This document shows positions 46,371 to 55,742 of a stretch of DNA of 64,000 nt, in pieces. The DNA is taken from NCBI GenBank assembly GCA_035259205.1, contig DATFWO010000234.1, positions 3,947 to 67,946 on the forward strand, given 5' to 3'. The number at the start of each line of letters is the position of its first letter. Positions within the stretch are counted from its first letter, which is position 1. The DNA is from Burkholderiales bacterium (GTDB lineage: Bacteria; Pseudomonadota; Gammaproteobacteria; Burkholderiales; SG8-41). The position numbers and the translations under genes are program-made. The notes below the pieces were generated by a model that saw only the letters and a program-made list of their open reading frames with translations, did not search any database and was not told where the DNA came from.

Positions 46371-47861
46371 ATGGCTGAAGCTCAGAAAGAAGTTCAGGGA
46401 CAGGTCGGCGAGGTTCAACTCGATGAGTTCTCCGCGCTCCTCAAGAAGGAATTCAAGCCGAAGACCACGCAGGCGAACGAGGCGGTCGAGCGGGCGGTGC
46501 GGACCCTCGCGGAGCACGCCCTGGCCGAAACCAAGCTCATTTCGTCCGACGCGATCAAGTCGATCGAGGCGATCATCGGGGCCATCGACCGGAAGTTGAC
46601 CGAGCAGGTGAATCAGATCCTGCATCACGAGGATTTCCAGAAGCTGGAAGGGGCCTGGCGCGGATTGCACTATCTCGTGAACAACACCGAGACCGACGAG
46701 ATGCTGAAGATCCGGGTGATGAACATCAGCAAGCCGGAGCTCGCCCGTACCCTCAAGCGCTACAAGGGTACCGCGTGGGACCAGAGCCCGATCTTCAAAA
46801 AGGTGTACGAGGAAGAGTTCGGCCAGTTCGGCGGCTCGCCCTTCGGCTGCTTCGTCGGAGACTATCACTTCGACCAGACCCCGCCCGACGTAGAGCTGCT
46901 CGGCGAGATCGCGAAGATTTCGGCATCGGCGCATGCGCCCTTCATTGCCGGGGCTTCCCCGACCGTAATGCAGATGGAGTCGTGGCGCGAGCTGAGCAAT
47001 CCGCGCGATCTGACCAAGATCTTCAGCTCGCCGGAATATGCCCCGTGGCGCTCCCTGCGCGACTCGGAGGATGCCCGCTACATCGGCCTTGCGATGCCGC
47101 GCTTTCTGGCGCGCGCGCCGTACGGGGCGAAAACCAATCCGGTCGAAGCCTTCAATTTCGAAGAGGATGTCGAGGGCTCGCAGCACGAGCGCTATACGTG
47201 GGCGAATTCCGCCTACGCGATGGGCGTCAACATCAACCGGGCGTTCAAAGAGTACGGGTGGTGCACGCGTATCCGCGGTATCGAATCTGGCGGTGCGGTG
47301 GAGAACCTGCCGTGCCATACGTTCCCCACCGATGACGGCGGGGTCGATATGAAGTGCCCCACCGAGATCGCAATCAGCGACCGACGCGAGGCGGAGCTGG
47401 CGAAGAACGGGTTCATGCCCCTCATCCACCGGAAGAACTCCGATTTCGCCGCATTCATCGGAGCGCAATCGCTCCAGAAGGCGACGGAGTACCAGGATCC
47501 CGACGCGACCGCCAACGCAAATCTCGCGGCGCGCCTGCCGTATCTGTTCGCCACGTGCCGTTTCGCTCACTACCTCAAGTGCATGGTCCGGGACAAGGTC
47601 GGATCATTCAAGGAACGCGATGAGATGCAGCGCTGGCTCCAGGACTGGATCCTGCAGTACGTCGACGGCGACCCGGCCAACTCGTCCGAGCAGACGAAGG
47701 CGCGCCGGCCCTTGGCTGCGGCCGAGGTGATCGTCGAGGATGTCGAAGGGAATCCCGGCTATTACACGTCCAAGTTTTTCCTGCGTCCGCACTACCAGCT
47801 CGAGGGTTTGACGGTGTCGCTGCGTCTGGTTTCCAAGCTTCCGTCCGCCAAGGCGGCCTGA
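46371..47861 (+). CDS. tssC: T6SS contractile sheath large subunit TssC (VipB)
   Basis: 496 aa. ILHHEDFQKLEGAWRGLHYLV, LAMPRFLARAPYG, and a C-terminal FFLRPHYQLEGL signature. Confidence 0.95.
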   Translation: MAEAQKEVQGQVGEVQLDEFSALLKKEFKPKTTQANEAVERAVRTLAEHALAETKLISSDAIKSIEAIIGAIDRKLTEQVNQILHHEDFQKLEGAWRGLHYLVNNTETDEMLKIRVMNISKPELARTLKRYKGTAWDQSPIFKKVYEEEFGQFGGSPFGCFVGDYHFDQTPPDVELLGEIAKISASAHAPFIAGASPTVMQMESWRELSNPRDLTKIFSSPEYAPWRSLRDSEDARYIGLAMPRFLARAPYGAKTNPVEAFNFEEDVEGSQHERYTWANSAYAMGVNINRAFKEYGWCTRIRGIESGGAVENLPCHTFPTDDGGVDMKCPTEIAISDRREAELAKNGFMPLIHRKNSDFAAFIGAQSLQKATEYQDPDATANANLAARLPYLFATCRFAHYLKCMVRDKVGSFKERDEMQRWLQDWILQYVDGDPANSSEQTKARRPLAAAEVIVEDVEGNPGYYTSKFFLRPHYQLEGLTVSLRLVSKLPSAKAA

Positions 47862-47953
47862 TCCAGGACGTTATTGCGGGTATGGTGAAGAGCAACAAGC
47901 GTCGGATCATCAGGCAACCTGAACAAAACAACGTTTGAAAGGAGAATGCCGCC

Positions 47954-48442
47954 ATGGCAATGGATATTTTCATCAAGATCGGCGACCTTAAAGGGGAATC
48001 CAGAGACGACAAGCACAAGGAGTCCATAGACGTGCTTGCATGGAGCTGGGGCATGAGCAACAGCGGCAGCGCGCACACGGGAGGCGGGGCTGGAGCCGGC
48101 AAGGTAAACGTCCAGGATCTCTCGTTCACGAAATACATCGACTTCAGCTCGACCGCGCTGCAGCTCGCCTGCGCCAACGGGAAGCACTACAAGGACGCGC
48201 TGCTAACGGTGCGCAAGGCCGGCGAGCATCCGCTCGAGTACCTCAAGATCAAGATGACGGAGGTCTTGATAACGTCGGTGAGTACTGGCGGCAGCGGGGG
48301 CGAAGACCGCCTGACCGAAAACATCACCCTGAATTTCGCCAAGGTCCATGTCGACTACCAAAAACAGGCTGCGAAGGGAGGCGCCGACGGTGGCCCGGCG
48401 ACCTTCGCGTGGGATATCGCCGGGAACGTCAAGACCGGATAA
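47954..48442 (+). CDS. hcp: T6SS tube protein Hcp (TssD)
   Basis: MAMDIFIKIGDLKGESRDDKHKESIDVLAWSWG is the classical Hcp1 N-terminus. 162 aa. Confidence 0.95.
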   Translation: MAMDIFIKIGDLKGESRDDKHKESIDVLAWSWGMSNSGSAHTGGGAGAGKVNVQDLSFTKYIDFSSTALQLACANGKHYKDALLTVRKAGEHPLEYLKIKMTEVLITSVSTGGSGGEDRLTENITLNFAKVHVDYQKQAAKGGADGGPATFAWDIAGNVKTG

Positions 48443-48625
48443 CAACTGGCCGGCTGCCCGCGGCGCAAGTCGTGTGCAGCCGCCCCACTTGCCGGGGCGC
48501 GTCCGTGAGGGGTCGCCGGCACGCATGCAAGCGACACTTCTCCAGGGCGATCCAGCTTCCAATTCTGTTTTTTTGCTGCAGCTGGCCGGCCCGGTGCGGC
48601 AAGCCCGGAGAAAAGGGAGGGTTAA

Positions 48626-49432
48626 ATGCCGGCGACTGACTTCTTGCGCGGTGGGCAGGTCAGCGACGCCCTGAAGGCGCTGGAAAGCGAGGTCCGTAAG
48701 GATCCCTCCGCATCCAAGCACCGCGTGTTCCTGTTCCAGCTGCTGTCCGTGCTGGGCGCGTGGGACCGCGCCGCGACGCAGCTCGGCGTGGCGGGGGATC
48801 TCGATGCGAAGGCGCTGCCGATGGTCCAGACGTATCGCACCGCGCTTAACTGCGAGGCGTTGCGGGCAAGCGTATTCGCCGGCGAGCGGTCGCCTCTCGT
48901 GTTCGGCGATCCGGAAGAGTGGATCGCGCGGCTGCTCGAGGCCTTGCGCCTGACGGCGACGGGCCGGCATGCCGAAGCCGAACGGATGCGGGAGTCGGGC
49001 CTGGGTGCGGCGCCCGCCACACCCGGTCAGATCGACGGCCAGGCCTTCGAGTGGATTGCAGACGCCGACAGCCGCATCGGCCCGGTCTGCGAAGCGATCG
49101 TGAACGGCAAGTACTACTGGATTCCATTTCACCGCCTGCAGGCGATCGAGATCGAGCCGCCGGCCGATCTGCGCGACTGCGTCTGGATGCCGGTCCGGCT
49201 GACATTTGCCAGCGGCGGCGAGTCCGTTGCTCTCATTTCGACGCGTTATCCGGGATCCGAGACGCACGCCGACGACATGATCCGCACGGCGCGCAAGACC
49301 GAGTGGTCGCAGGTGTCCGGCGCGACCTATCTCGGCCTGGGCCAGCGCATGTATGCGACGGACGCCGGCGAGTACGCGCTGATGGACGTCCGGCGCATCG
49401 AACTGAAACCGGGGGTCGGGCAGGCAAACTAG
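48626..49432 (+). CDS. tagJ: T6SS accessory protein TagJ (ImpE family)
   Basis: N-terminal TPR-like part plus a C-terminal ..GKYYWIPFHRLQAIEIEPPADLRDCVWMPVRLTF.. ImpE signature. Same position as tagJ1 in the P. aeruginosa H1 cluster. Confidence 0.85.
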   Translation: MPATDFLRGGQVSDALKALESEVRKDPSASKHRVFLFQLLSVLGAWDRAATQLGVAGDLDAKALPMVQTYRTALNCEALRASVFAGERSPLVFGDPEEWIARLLEALRLTATGRHAEAERMRESGLGAAPATPGQIDGQAFEWIADADSRIGPVCEAIVNGKYYWIPFHRLQAIEIEPPADLRDCVWMPVRLTFASGGESVALISTRYPGSETHADDMIRTARKTEWSQVSGATYLGLGQRMYATDAGEYALMDVRRIELKPGVGQAN

Positions 49433-49491
49433 CATCCCGGGCGCGGTAAACCGCCTGCGCCAGGATATGTTTCGCCCGCGACGCCTCTCTC

Positions 49492-50001
49492 ATGGCTGAA
49501 CTGCTCCCACAAGACCGGCTCCAGCCGTCCCTGCTCGACCGGCTTACCGACAACGAGCCCGATCAGCGGACCGAGCCTTTGGAAAAGAGGGTATTGAACC
49601 TGTCGCGGCTCAGGGAGAGCGTCTTGCGTGACCTCAACTGGCTCTTCAATTCGACGCAGACGGCGGCTGCCGACGAAGTCGAAGCCGCCCCGCTTGCTGC
49701 AAGGTCCGTCGTGAATTTCGGGCTCCCGCCGTTTTCGGGCTTGACAGCATCCGGCGTGGAGCTGCGCTCGATGGAGAATGCGCTGCGACAGGCGATCATC
49801 GACTTCGAGCCGAGGCTTTTGCCCGAGAGCGTGCGCATCAGGGCGAGACACGTCGAATCGCGGGAGCACCAGCACAACAAGCTGACCTTCGATATCGAAT
49901 GCCGGCTGTGGGCCCAGCCCGCGCCCATCGCGCTGCTGCTCTATTCCGACGTCGATCTCGAGAGCGGGCAGAACACGGTCAAGGAATCGGGACGGCGCTG
50001 A
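49492..50001 (+). CDS. tssE: T6SS baseplate subunit TssE (gp25-like)
   Basis: LQPSLLDRLTD...SVLRDLNWLFNS signature. 169 aa. Confidence 0.9.
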   Translation: MAELLPQDRLQPSLLDRLTDNEPDQRTEPLEKRVLNLSRLRESVLRDLNWLFNSTQTAAADEVEAAPLAARSVVNFGLPPFSGLTASGVELRSMENALRQAIIDFEPRLLPESVRIRARHVESREHQHNKLTFDIECRLWAQPAPIALLLYSDVDLESGQNTVKESGRR

Positions 50002-51872
50002 TGGACCCGAGGCTGCTCGATTATTACAACCAGGAGCTGCAGCATATCCGCGAAACGGGCGCGGAGTTCGCGCAGGAGTTTCCAAAGATCGCGGCGCGCC
50101 TGGGGCTTGCGGGAATCGAATGCGCCGATCCGTACGTCGAGCGGCTGTTGGAAGGGTTCGCCTTTCTCGCGGGGCGCCTGCAGTTGCGCATCGACTCGGA
50201 ATTTCCCCGCTTCACGCAACAGCTGCTGAACATGGTTTACCCCGACTACCTGTGCCCGGTGCCGTCGGCCGCCGTCGTGCAGGCAGTACCCGCCTATGCG
50301 GACCCCGGGCTTGCGAAGGGCGTGGAGCTGCCGCGTGGCAGCGTGCTGACGGCGCAACGCAGCGTGGAGGCGGCCACAGCCTGCGAGTACCGCACGGGGC
50401 ACGGCGTTACGTTGTGGCCGCTGCAGATCGCCGAGGCGACCTACCGCGCTTATGCCGGAGATTTTCCGCCAGGGCTGCAATTGGCGGAGATGCCCAGGGC
50501 AGTTCTCAGGATACGGCTGCGCGCGACCGCCGAACTCAGGATCGCCCAGATCGCGGCGGCGTCGCTGCCGGTCTTCCTGTGCGGGGACGAGCACGTCGCG
50601 CAGCGGCTCTACGAATGCCTGCTCGGCACGGCTCAGGGCCTGTTCCTCGCCAGCCCGGGACAGCGGCGCGTGCTCGGACGCCTGCAATCCCGGGATTGCA
50701 TCAGGGCGCTAGGGTTCGGGGACGGCGAGGCGCTTCTGCCCCCCGGGCCGCGCAGCTTCCAGGGCCATCGGCTGCTTCAGGAATACTTCCTCTTCGCGTC
50801 GCGGTTCCTGTTCGTCGACCTCGGGGGTATCGAAGAGGGGTTTCGCGCTGCGGACGGCAGCGAAATCGAAATCGTGATCCCGCTCTCGCGTCACGACCCG
50901 GTCCTGGAAGGGAGCGTGTCGGCGGAAGCGTTGGCGCTGTACTGCACGCCCGCCATCAACCTATTTCCCAAGCGCGCCGACCGTATCCACCTGACGCGAC
51001 AGCACGAGCACCATGTCGTGCCCGATCGCACGCGCCCGATGGATTTCGAGGTGTACCGGGTGACCGCAGTGACGGGTTACGGGGAAGGCATCGAAGCGCA
51101 GCAGGAATTCTCGCCGTTCTACTCCATGTACGACGAGCGGTTCGAGCGTGAAGGTGACGCGTATTTCACCGTGCGCCGTACCCCGCGCGTTTACTCGGAG
51201 AAGCAGCGGCGCGTGGGCCCGCGGACGAATTACGTGGGTAGCGAGGTATTTCTGTCTCTCGTCGATCGCAGCGAGGCGCCGTATCCAGAGAGCCTGCGCC
51301 AGGTCGGTGTTGAAACGTTGTGCACCAATCGCGACCTGCCGCTGCGCATGCCGATGGGATCGGAACGGGGCGATTTCACCCTGGAGGTTTCCCTGCCGGT
51401 CGATATCGTGCGCTGCCGCAAGGGACCGACACCGCCGCTGCCTGCGCATGCGCCGGGCGAATCGTCCTGGCGGCTCATCGGATTGCTTTCGCAGAATTAC
51501 CTGTCGCTGCTCGACCACAATCCGCGGCAGGGCGCGGAGGCGCTGCGCGAGCTGCTGGGGATTTTCGCGGCGCAGACCGAGGCTCACGTGCGCAAGCAGA
51601 TTGCGGCGCTGCGCAGCGTTGGTTGCCGTCAGGTCGTGCGACGGCTGCCGACGCGCGGGCCGGTGACGTTCGGCCGCGGCGTGGAGGCGACCCTGGAAAT
51701 AGACGAAGCGAGCCTTGGCGGCACCGGAGCCTTCATGATGGGAGCCGTGCTGCGGCACTACCTGACCAGGCACGTCTCGATCAATGGTTTTGTCGAGACA
51801 GTACTAAATGTTACGGGACGCGGCGAGGTGAGACGGTGGCCGGCGATGATCGGAGCGCGGCCCGTCATCTAG
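49998..51872 (+). CDS. tssF: T6SS baseplate subunit TssF
   Basis: Met34 of ORF 49899..51872. MDPRLLDYYNQELQHIRETGAEFAQEFPKIAARLGL signature. ATGA overlap with tssE. Confidence 0.92.
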   Translation: MMDPRLLDYYNQELQHIRETGAEFAQEFPKIAARLGLAGIECADPYVERLLEGFAFLAGRLQLRIDSEFPRFTQQLLNMVYPDYLCPVPSAAVVQAVPAYADPGLAKGVELPRGSVLTAQRSVEAATACEYRTGHGVTLWPLQIAEATYRAYAGDFPPGLQLAEMPRAVLRIRLRATAELRIAQIAAASLPVFLCGDEHVAQRLYECLLGTAQGLFLASPGQRRVLGRLQSRDCIRALGFGDGEALLPPGPRSFQGHRLLQEYFLFASRFLFVDLGGIEEGFRAADGSEIEIVIPLSRHDPVLEGSVSAEALALYCTPAINLFPKRADRIHLTRQHEHHVVPDRTRPMDFEVYRVTAVTGYGEGIEAQQEFSPFYSMYDERFEREGDAYFTVRRTPRVYSEKQRRVGPRTNYVGSEVFLSLVDRSEAPYPESLRQVGVETLCTNRDLPLRMPMGSERGDFTLEVSLPVDIVRCRKGPTPPLPAHAPGESSWRLIGLLSQNYLSLLDHNPRQGAEALRELLGIFAAQTEAHVRKQIAALRSVGCRQVVRRLPTRGPVTFGRGVEATLEIDEASLGGTGAFMMGAVLRHYLTRHVSINGFVETVLNVTGRGEVRRWPAMIGARPVI

Positions 51873-52852
51873 CGCTCTGGAAAGCGCTGGCCGCCGCGCC
51901 TCACTCATTCGACTTCTATCAGGCATTGCGCGAGATCGAGTGCGCGTTTCCGGATCGCCCGCGCATAGGCGAAGCCCGCCGCCCGCAGCAAGAGCCCGTG
52001 CGATTCGGCCAGGAGGCTTCGCTGAGCTTTGCGACGTCGTCTCTCGTCGCCTTCACGTTGCATCCCGGGGGACGGCCGCCGCGGCTCACCGAGAGCTTCT
52101 TCGGCCTGCTGGGCCCGAACGGCCCTTTGCCGCTGCATCTGACCGAATTCGCGCGCGATCGCCTGCGCAACTACGGCGATGCGACGTTCGTGCGCTTTCT
52201 CGACGTTTTCCATCATCGCCTTATCAGCCTGTTCTACCGGGCCTGGGCGCGCGCCCAGGCCACGGTGGCCGTCGACCGAAGCGAGGGCGGGCGTTTTTCC
52301 ATTTACCTGGGCTCGTTCATCGGCCTTGCGGCGCGGTCGATGCAGAGGCGAGACTCGGTGCCCGACGAGCCGAAGCTTTCCTTCGCCGGGCTCCTCGGCC
52401 GCCAGGTCAGGAACGCGGAAGGGCTGGAACTGGTCCTGCGCGGTTTCTTCCGCGTCGCCGTGAGGATACAGCCGTTCGTGGCGCACTGGATGCACCTGCC
52501 GGAGGAGTCTTATACGCGCCTCGGGCAGCGTGAGACGGCGCTGCTGGGGCAGACCGCGGTGATCGGCAGCAAGGTCTGGGACCTGCAGTCGAAATTCCGT
52601 ATCGTCATCGGCCCGCTCGACGCGCAGCAATACCACCGCTTCCTGCCGGACCGGTCGAGCTACCGGCGGCTCGTGGACTGGGTGCGCAACTACGTGGGCT
52701 TCGAGCTCAAATGGGAGTCGCAGCTCGTATTGAAACGCGAAGAGGTACCGCGGCTCGTTCTGGGCGGATCAGGAAAGCTCGGCTGGACGACGTGGCTCGG
52801 AACGCGATTGAGCGCCAGCGACGCGGCCGATCTCGTGCTGGCGGGTCGGTAA
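51839..52852 (+). CDS. tssG: T6SS baseplate subunit TssG
   Basis: FDFYQALREIEC...EPVRFGQEASLSF...GLLGPNGPLPLHLTE signature. No ATG is present; the GTG at 51839 overlaps the tssF end by 34 nt. The start is tentative. Confidence 0.88.
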   Translation, partial: AGDDRSAARHLALWKALAAAPHSFDFYQALREIECAFPDRPRIGEARRPQQEPVRFGQEASLSFATSSLVAFTLHPGGRPPRLTESFFGLLGPNGPLPLHLTEFARDRLRNYGDATFVRFLDVFHHRLISLFYRAWARAQATVAVDRSEGGRFSIYLGSFIGLAARSMQRRDSVPDEPKLSFAGLLGRQVRNAEGLELVLRGFFRVAVRIQPFVAHWMHLPEESYTRLGQRETALLGQTAVIGSKVWDLQSKFRIVIGPLDAQQYHRFLPDRSSYRRLVDWVRNYVGFELKWESQLVLKREEVPRLVLGGSGKLGWTTWLGTRLSASDAADLVLAGR

Positions 52853-52918
52853 GCGGATGCAGAGGGCACGTCTGCTCATGGGTTTTGATCGGTAAGAACG
52901 GAACAGAGAGGAACTGCA

Positions 52919-55678
52919 ATGTCGGAGATCAGCCGCACCGCACTTTTCGGCAAGTTGAATTCGTTGGGATACAAGGCGATTGAAGGCGCCACGGTATTCT
53001 GCAAACTGAGAGGAAATCCCTACGTGGAGCTCGCGCACTGGCTGCATCAGATCGTGCAAAACCAGGACAGCGACCTGCACCGGATCTTCAAGCATTTCGG
53101 CATCGACCCGTCGCGATTTGCCGCGGACATGACGCGGGCGCTCGACGCTCTGCCGCGCGGCTCGACCTCCATCTCGGACCTGTCCGAGCACGTCGAGAAC
53201 GCGGTCGAGCGCGGCTGGGTGTACGGCACTCTCATGTTCGGCGAGAACGCCGTGCGCACCGGGCACCTCGTTGTCGGGTGCCTGAAGACGACCAACCTGC
53301 GCAACGCCCTGATGTCCATTTCACGGGAGTTCCAGAACATCAAGCCGGATGCGCTGAGCGAGGATTTTCACAAGATCGTGGCGGGCTCGCCTGAGGACAG
53401 TCTGGGATCAAGGGACGGCGCTTCCGTGGGGGGCGGGGCGGCGCCCGGCGAGGCGAGCGGCGCGCTCGCGCCGGCTCAGATGGGCAAGCAGGAGGCACTG
53501 CAGCGCTTCACCATCGATCTGACCGATGAAGCGCGCAAAGGGAAGATCGATCCCATCGTGGGCCGGGATGAGGAGATACGCCAGCTCGTCGATATCCTCA
53601 TGCGCCGGCGCCAGAACAACCCGATACTCACTGGCGAGGCGGGGGTCGGAAAGACCGCGGTGGTCGAGGGATTCGCGCTGCGCATCGCGGCCGGTGACGT
53701 CCCTCCCCCGTTGAAGGACGTGAGCCTCAAGACGCTGGATGTCGGCCTGCTGCAGGCGGGAGCTTCCATGAAGGGCGAATTCGAGCAGCGCCTGCGCCAG
53801 GTGATCGAGGAGGTGCAGTCATCGGCAAAGCCCATCATCCTGTTCATCGACGAAGCGCATACCCTGGTCGGGGCGGGAGGAGCCGCCGGCACCGGGGATG
53901 CCGCGAACCTTCTCAAACCCGCGCTTGCCCGCGGCACCTTGCGCACCGTCGCGGCGACGACGTGGGCCGAGTACAAGAAGCACATCGAGAAGGATCCCGC
54001 GCTCACGCGACGCTTTCAGACCGTGCAGGTGCCCGAGCCCACCGAGGAAAAGGGCATACTGATGATGCGCGGCGTCGCCTCGACCATGGAGCGTCATCAC
54101 CGCGTACAGGTCCTGGACGAGGCGCTGGAAGCGTCCGTCAGGCTGTCGCACCGTTACATACCGGGGCGCCAGCTGCCGGACAAGTCGGTGAGCCTGCTCG
54201 ACACGGCCTGCGCGCGCGTGGCGATCAGCCAGAGCGCGATGCCGCCGGAGGTCGAGGACAGCAAGCGGCGCATCGAAGCGCTGGAAAACGAGCTGGCGAT
54301 CATCGGACGCGAGGCGGCGGTCGGTATCGAGGTGGCGGATCGAAAATCGGTGGCGGACGAAAAGCTAGCCGCGGAACGGACGCGCCTCGCAGGCCTGGAA
54401 GAGCGCTGGAAGGCGGAAAAAGAGCTGGTCGACAAGATCCTCGACCTGCGCCGGCGCCTGCGTGGGGAAGTGGGCAAGGTCGAGGGCACCGACAGCAAGC
54501 TGGAGCAGGAGGCCGATGCTGCGGCGAAAAAGGTCAGTATCGATGCCGCTCCTGCGGCGCCGGCTTCGCCGCCGCTCGACGAAGCGGAGCGAACGCGCCT
54601 CCTCGGCGAGCTCAAGGAGCTGCAGGGGCGGCTGCAGCGCCATCAGGGCGACCGCCCGCTGGTGCTTCCCACTGTCGATCATCAGGCGGTGGCTTCGGTC
54701 GTCGAGGACTGGACCGGGATTCCGGTCGGCCGGATGGTCGCGAACGAGATCGAGGGGGTCCTCAAGCTCGCCGATAATATCGAAAAGCGCATCATCGGCC
54801 AGCGCCATGCGCTCGACATGATCGCCAAGCGCATCCAGACCTCGCGCGCCAAGCTGGACAACCCCAACAAGCCGATCGGCGTGTTCATGCTGGCGGGAAC
54901 GTCCGGCGTGGGCAAAACCGAAACCGCGCTGGCGCTCGCGGAGACGCTATACGGCGGTGAACAGAACCTCATCTCCATCAACATGAGCGAGTTTCAGGAG
55001 GCGCATACCGTGTCCACGCTCAAGGGCGCGCCTCCGGGTTACGTGGGCTACGGCGAGGGCGGCGTTCTGACCGAGGCGGTTCGTCGGCGCCCGTACAGCG
55101 TCGTCCTGCTCGACGAGGTGGAGAAGGCGCACCCCGACGTGCACGAGATCTTCTTCCAGGTTTTCGACAAGGGCTGGATGGAAGATGGCGAAGGCCGGGT
55201 CATCGACTTCAAGAACACCCTGATCCTGCTTACCACGAACGCAGGCACCGATCTCATCATGAACATGTGCAAGGACCCGGCGCTGATGCCGGAGCCGGAA
55301 GGGATAGCCAAGGCCCTGCGCGAGCCCTTGTTGAAGGTGTTCCCGCCCGCTCTGCTGGGGCGCCTGGTGGTGATACCGTACTATCCTCTCTCCGACGAGA
55401 TGATAGGGGCCATCGCCCGGCTTCAGCTCGGCCGGATCGAAAAGCGGATTCGGGACAACCACAAAGTCCCGTTCAGCTACGACGACGAGGTGGTCAAGCT
55501 CATCACGAGCCGGTGTACGGAGCTCGAAAGCGGCGGCCGCATGATCGATGCCATACTGACGAACACCATATTGCCGGCCATCGGGCGGGAGCTTCTTACG
55601 CGCATGATGGAGGGCAAGCTCGTCAACAAAGTGCACGTACGGGTAGATCAGGGAGAGTTCGCATACCGGTTCGACTGA
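52919..55678 (+). CDS. tssH: T6SS AAA+ ATPase ClpV (TssH)
   Basis: 919 aa. Clp_N domain and two Walker A motifs (GEAGVGKTA, GTSGVGKTE). Sits between tssG and vgrG. Confidence 0.95.
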   Translation: MSEISRTALFGKLNSLGYKAIEGATVFCKLRGNPYVELAHWLHQIVQNQDSDLHRIFKHFGIDPSRFAADMTRALDALPRGSTSISDLSEHVENAVERGWVYGTLMFGENAVRTGHLVVGCLKTTNLRNALMSISREFQNIKPDALSEDFHKIVAGSPEDSLGSRDGASVGGGAAPGEASGALAPAQMGKQEALQRFTIDLTDEARKGKIDPIVGRDEEIRQLVDILMRRRQNNPILTGEAGVGKTAVVEGFALRIAAGDVPPPLKDVSLKTLDVGLLQAGASMKGEFEQRLRQVIEEVQSSAKPIILFIDEAHTLVGAGGAAGTGDAANLLKPALARGTLRTVAATTWAEYKKHIEKDPALTRRFQTVQVPEPTEEKGILMMRGVASTMERHHRVQVLDEALEASVRLSHRYIPGRQLPDKSVSLLDTACARVAISQSAMPPEVEDSKRRIEALENELAIIGREAAVGIEVADRKSVADEKLAAERTRLAGLEERWKAEKELVDKILDLRRRLRGEVGKVEGTDSKLEQEADAAAKKVSIDAAPAAPASPPLDEAERTRLLGELKELQGRLQRHQGDRPLVLPTVDHQAVASVVEDWTGIPVGRMVANEIEGVLKLADNIEKRIIGQRHALDMIAKRIQTSRAKLDNPNKPIGVFMLAGTSGVGKTETALALAETLYGGEQNLISINMSEFQEAHTVSTLKGAPPGYVGYGEGGVLTEAVRRRPYSVVLLDEVEKAHPDVHEIFFQVFDKGWMEDGEGRVIDFKNTLILLTTNAGTDLIMNMCKDPALMPEPEGIAKALREPLLKVFPPALLGRLVVIPYYPLSDEMIGAIARLQLGRIEKRIRDNHKVPFSYDDEVVKLITSRCTELESGGRMIDAILTNTILPAIGRELLTRMMEGKLVNKVHVRVDQGEFAYRFD

Positions 55679-55742
55679 TCGGCACTCCGCTCCAATTGCC
55701 GCGCCATGCTCTGGTGCGGCTCGCGCGATAGGGGTTAGTGGG

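Noticed and set aside
48448-48485. Imperfect hairpin (GGCCGGCTGC ... GCAGCCGCCC, 18-nt loop) just after hcp. It might be an attenuator giving high hcp relative to downstream genes.
   Set aside because: There is one mismatch, a large loop and no following U-tract. The T-run at about 48565 is not preceded by a stem. Not convincing as an intrinsic terminator.
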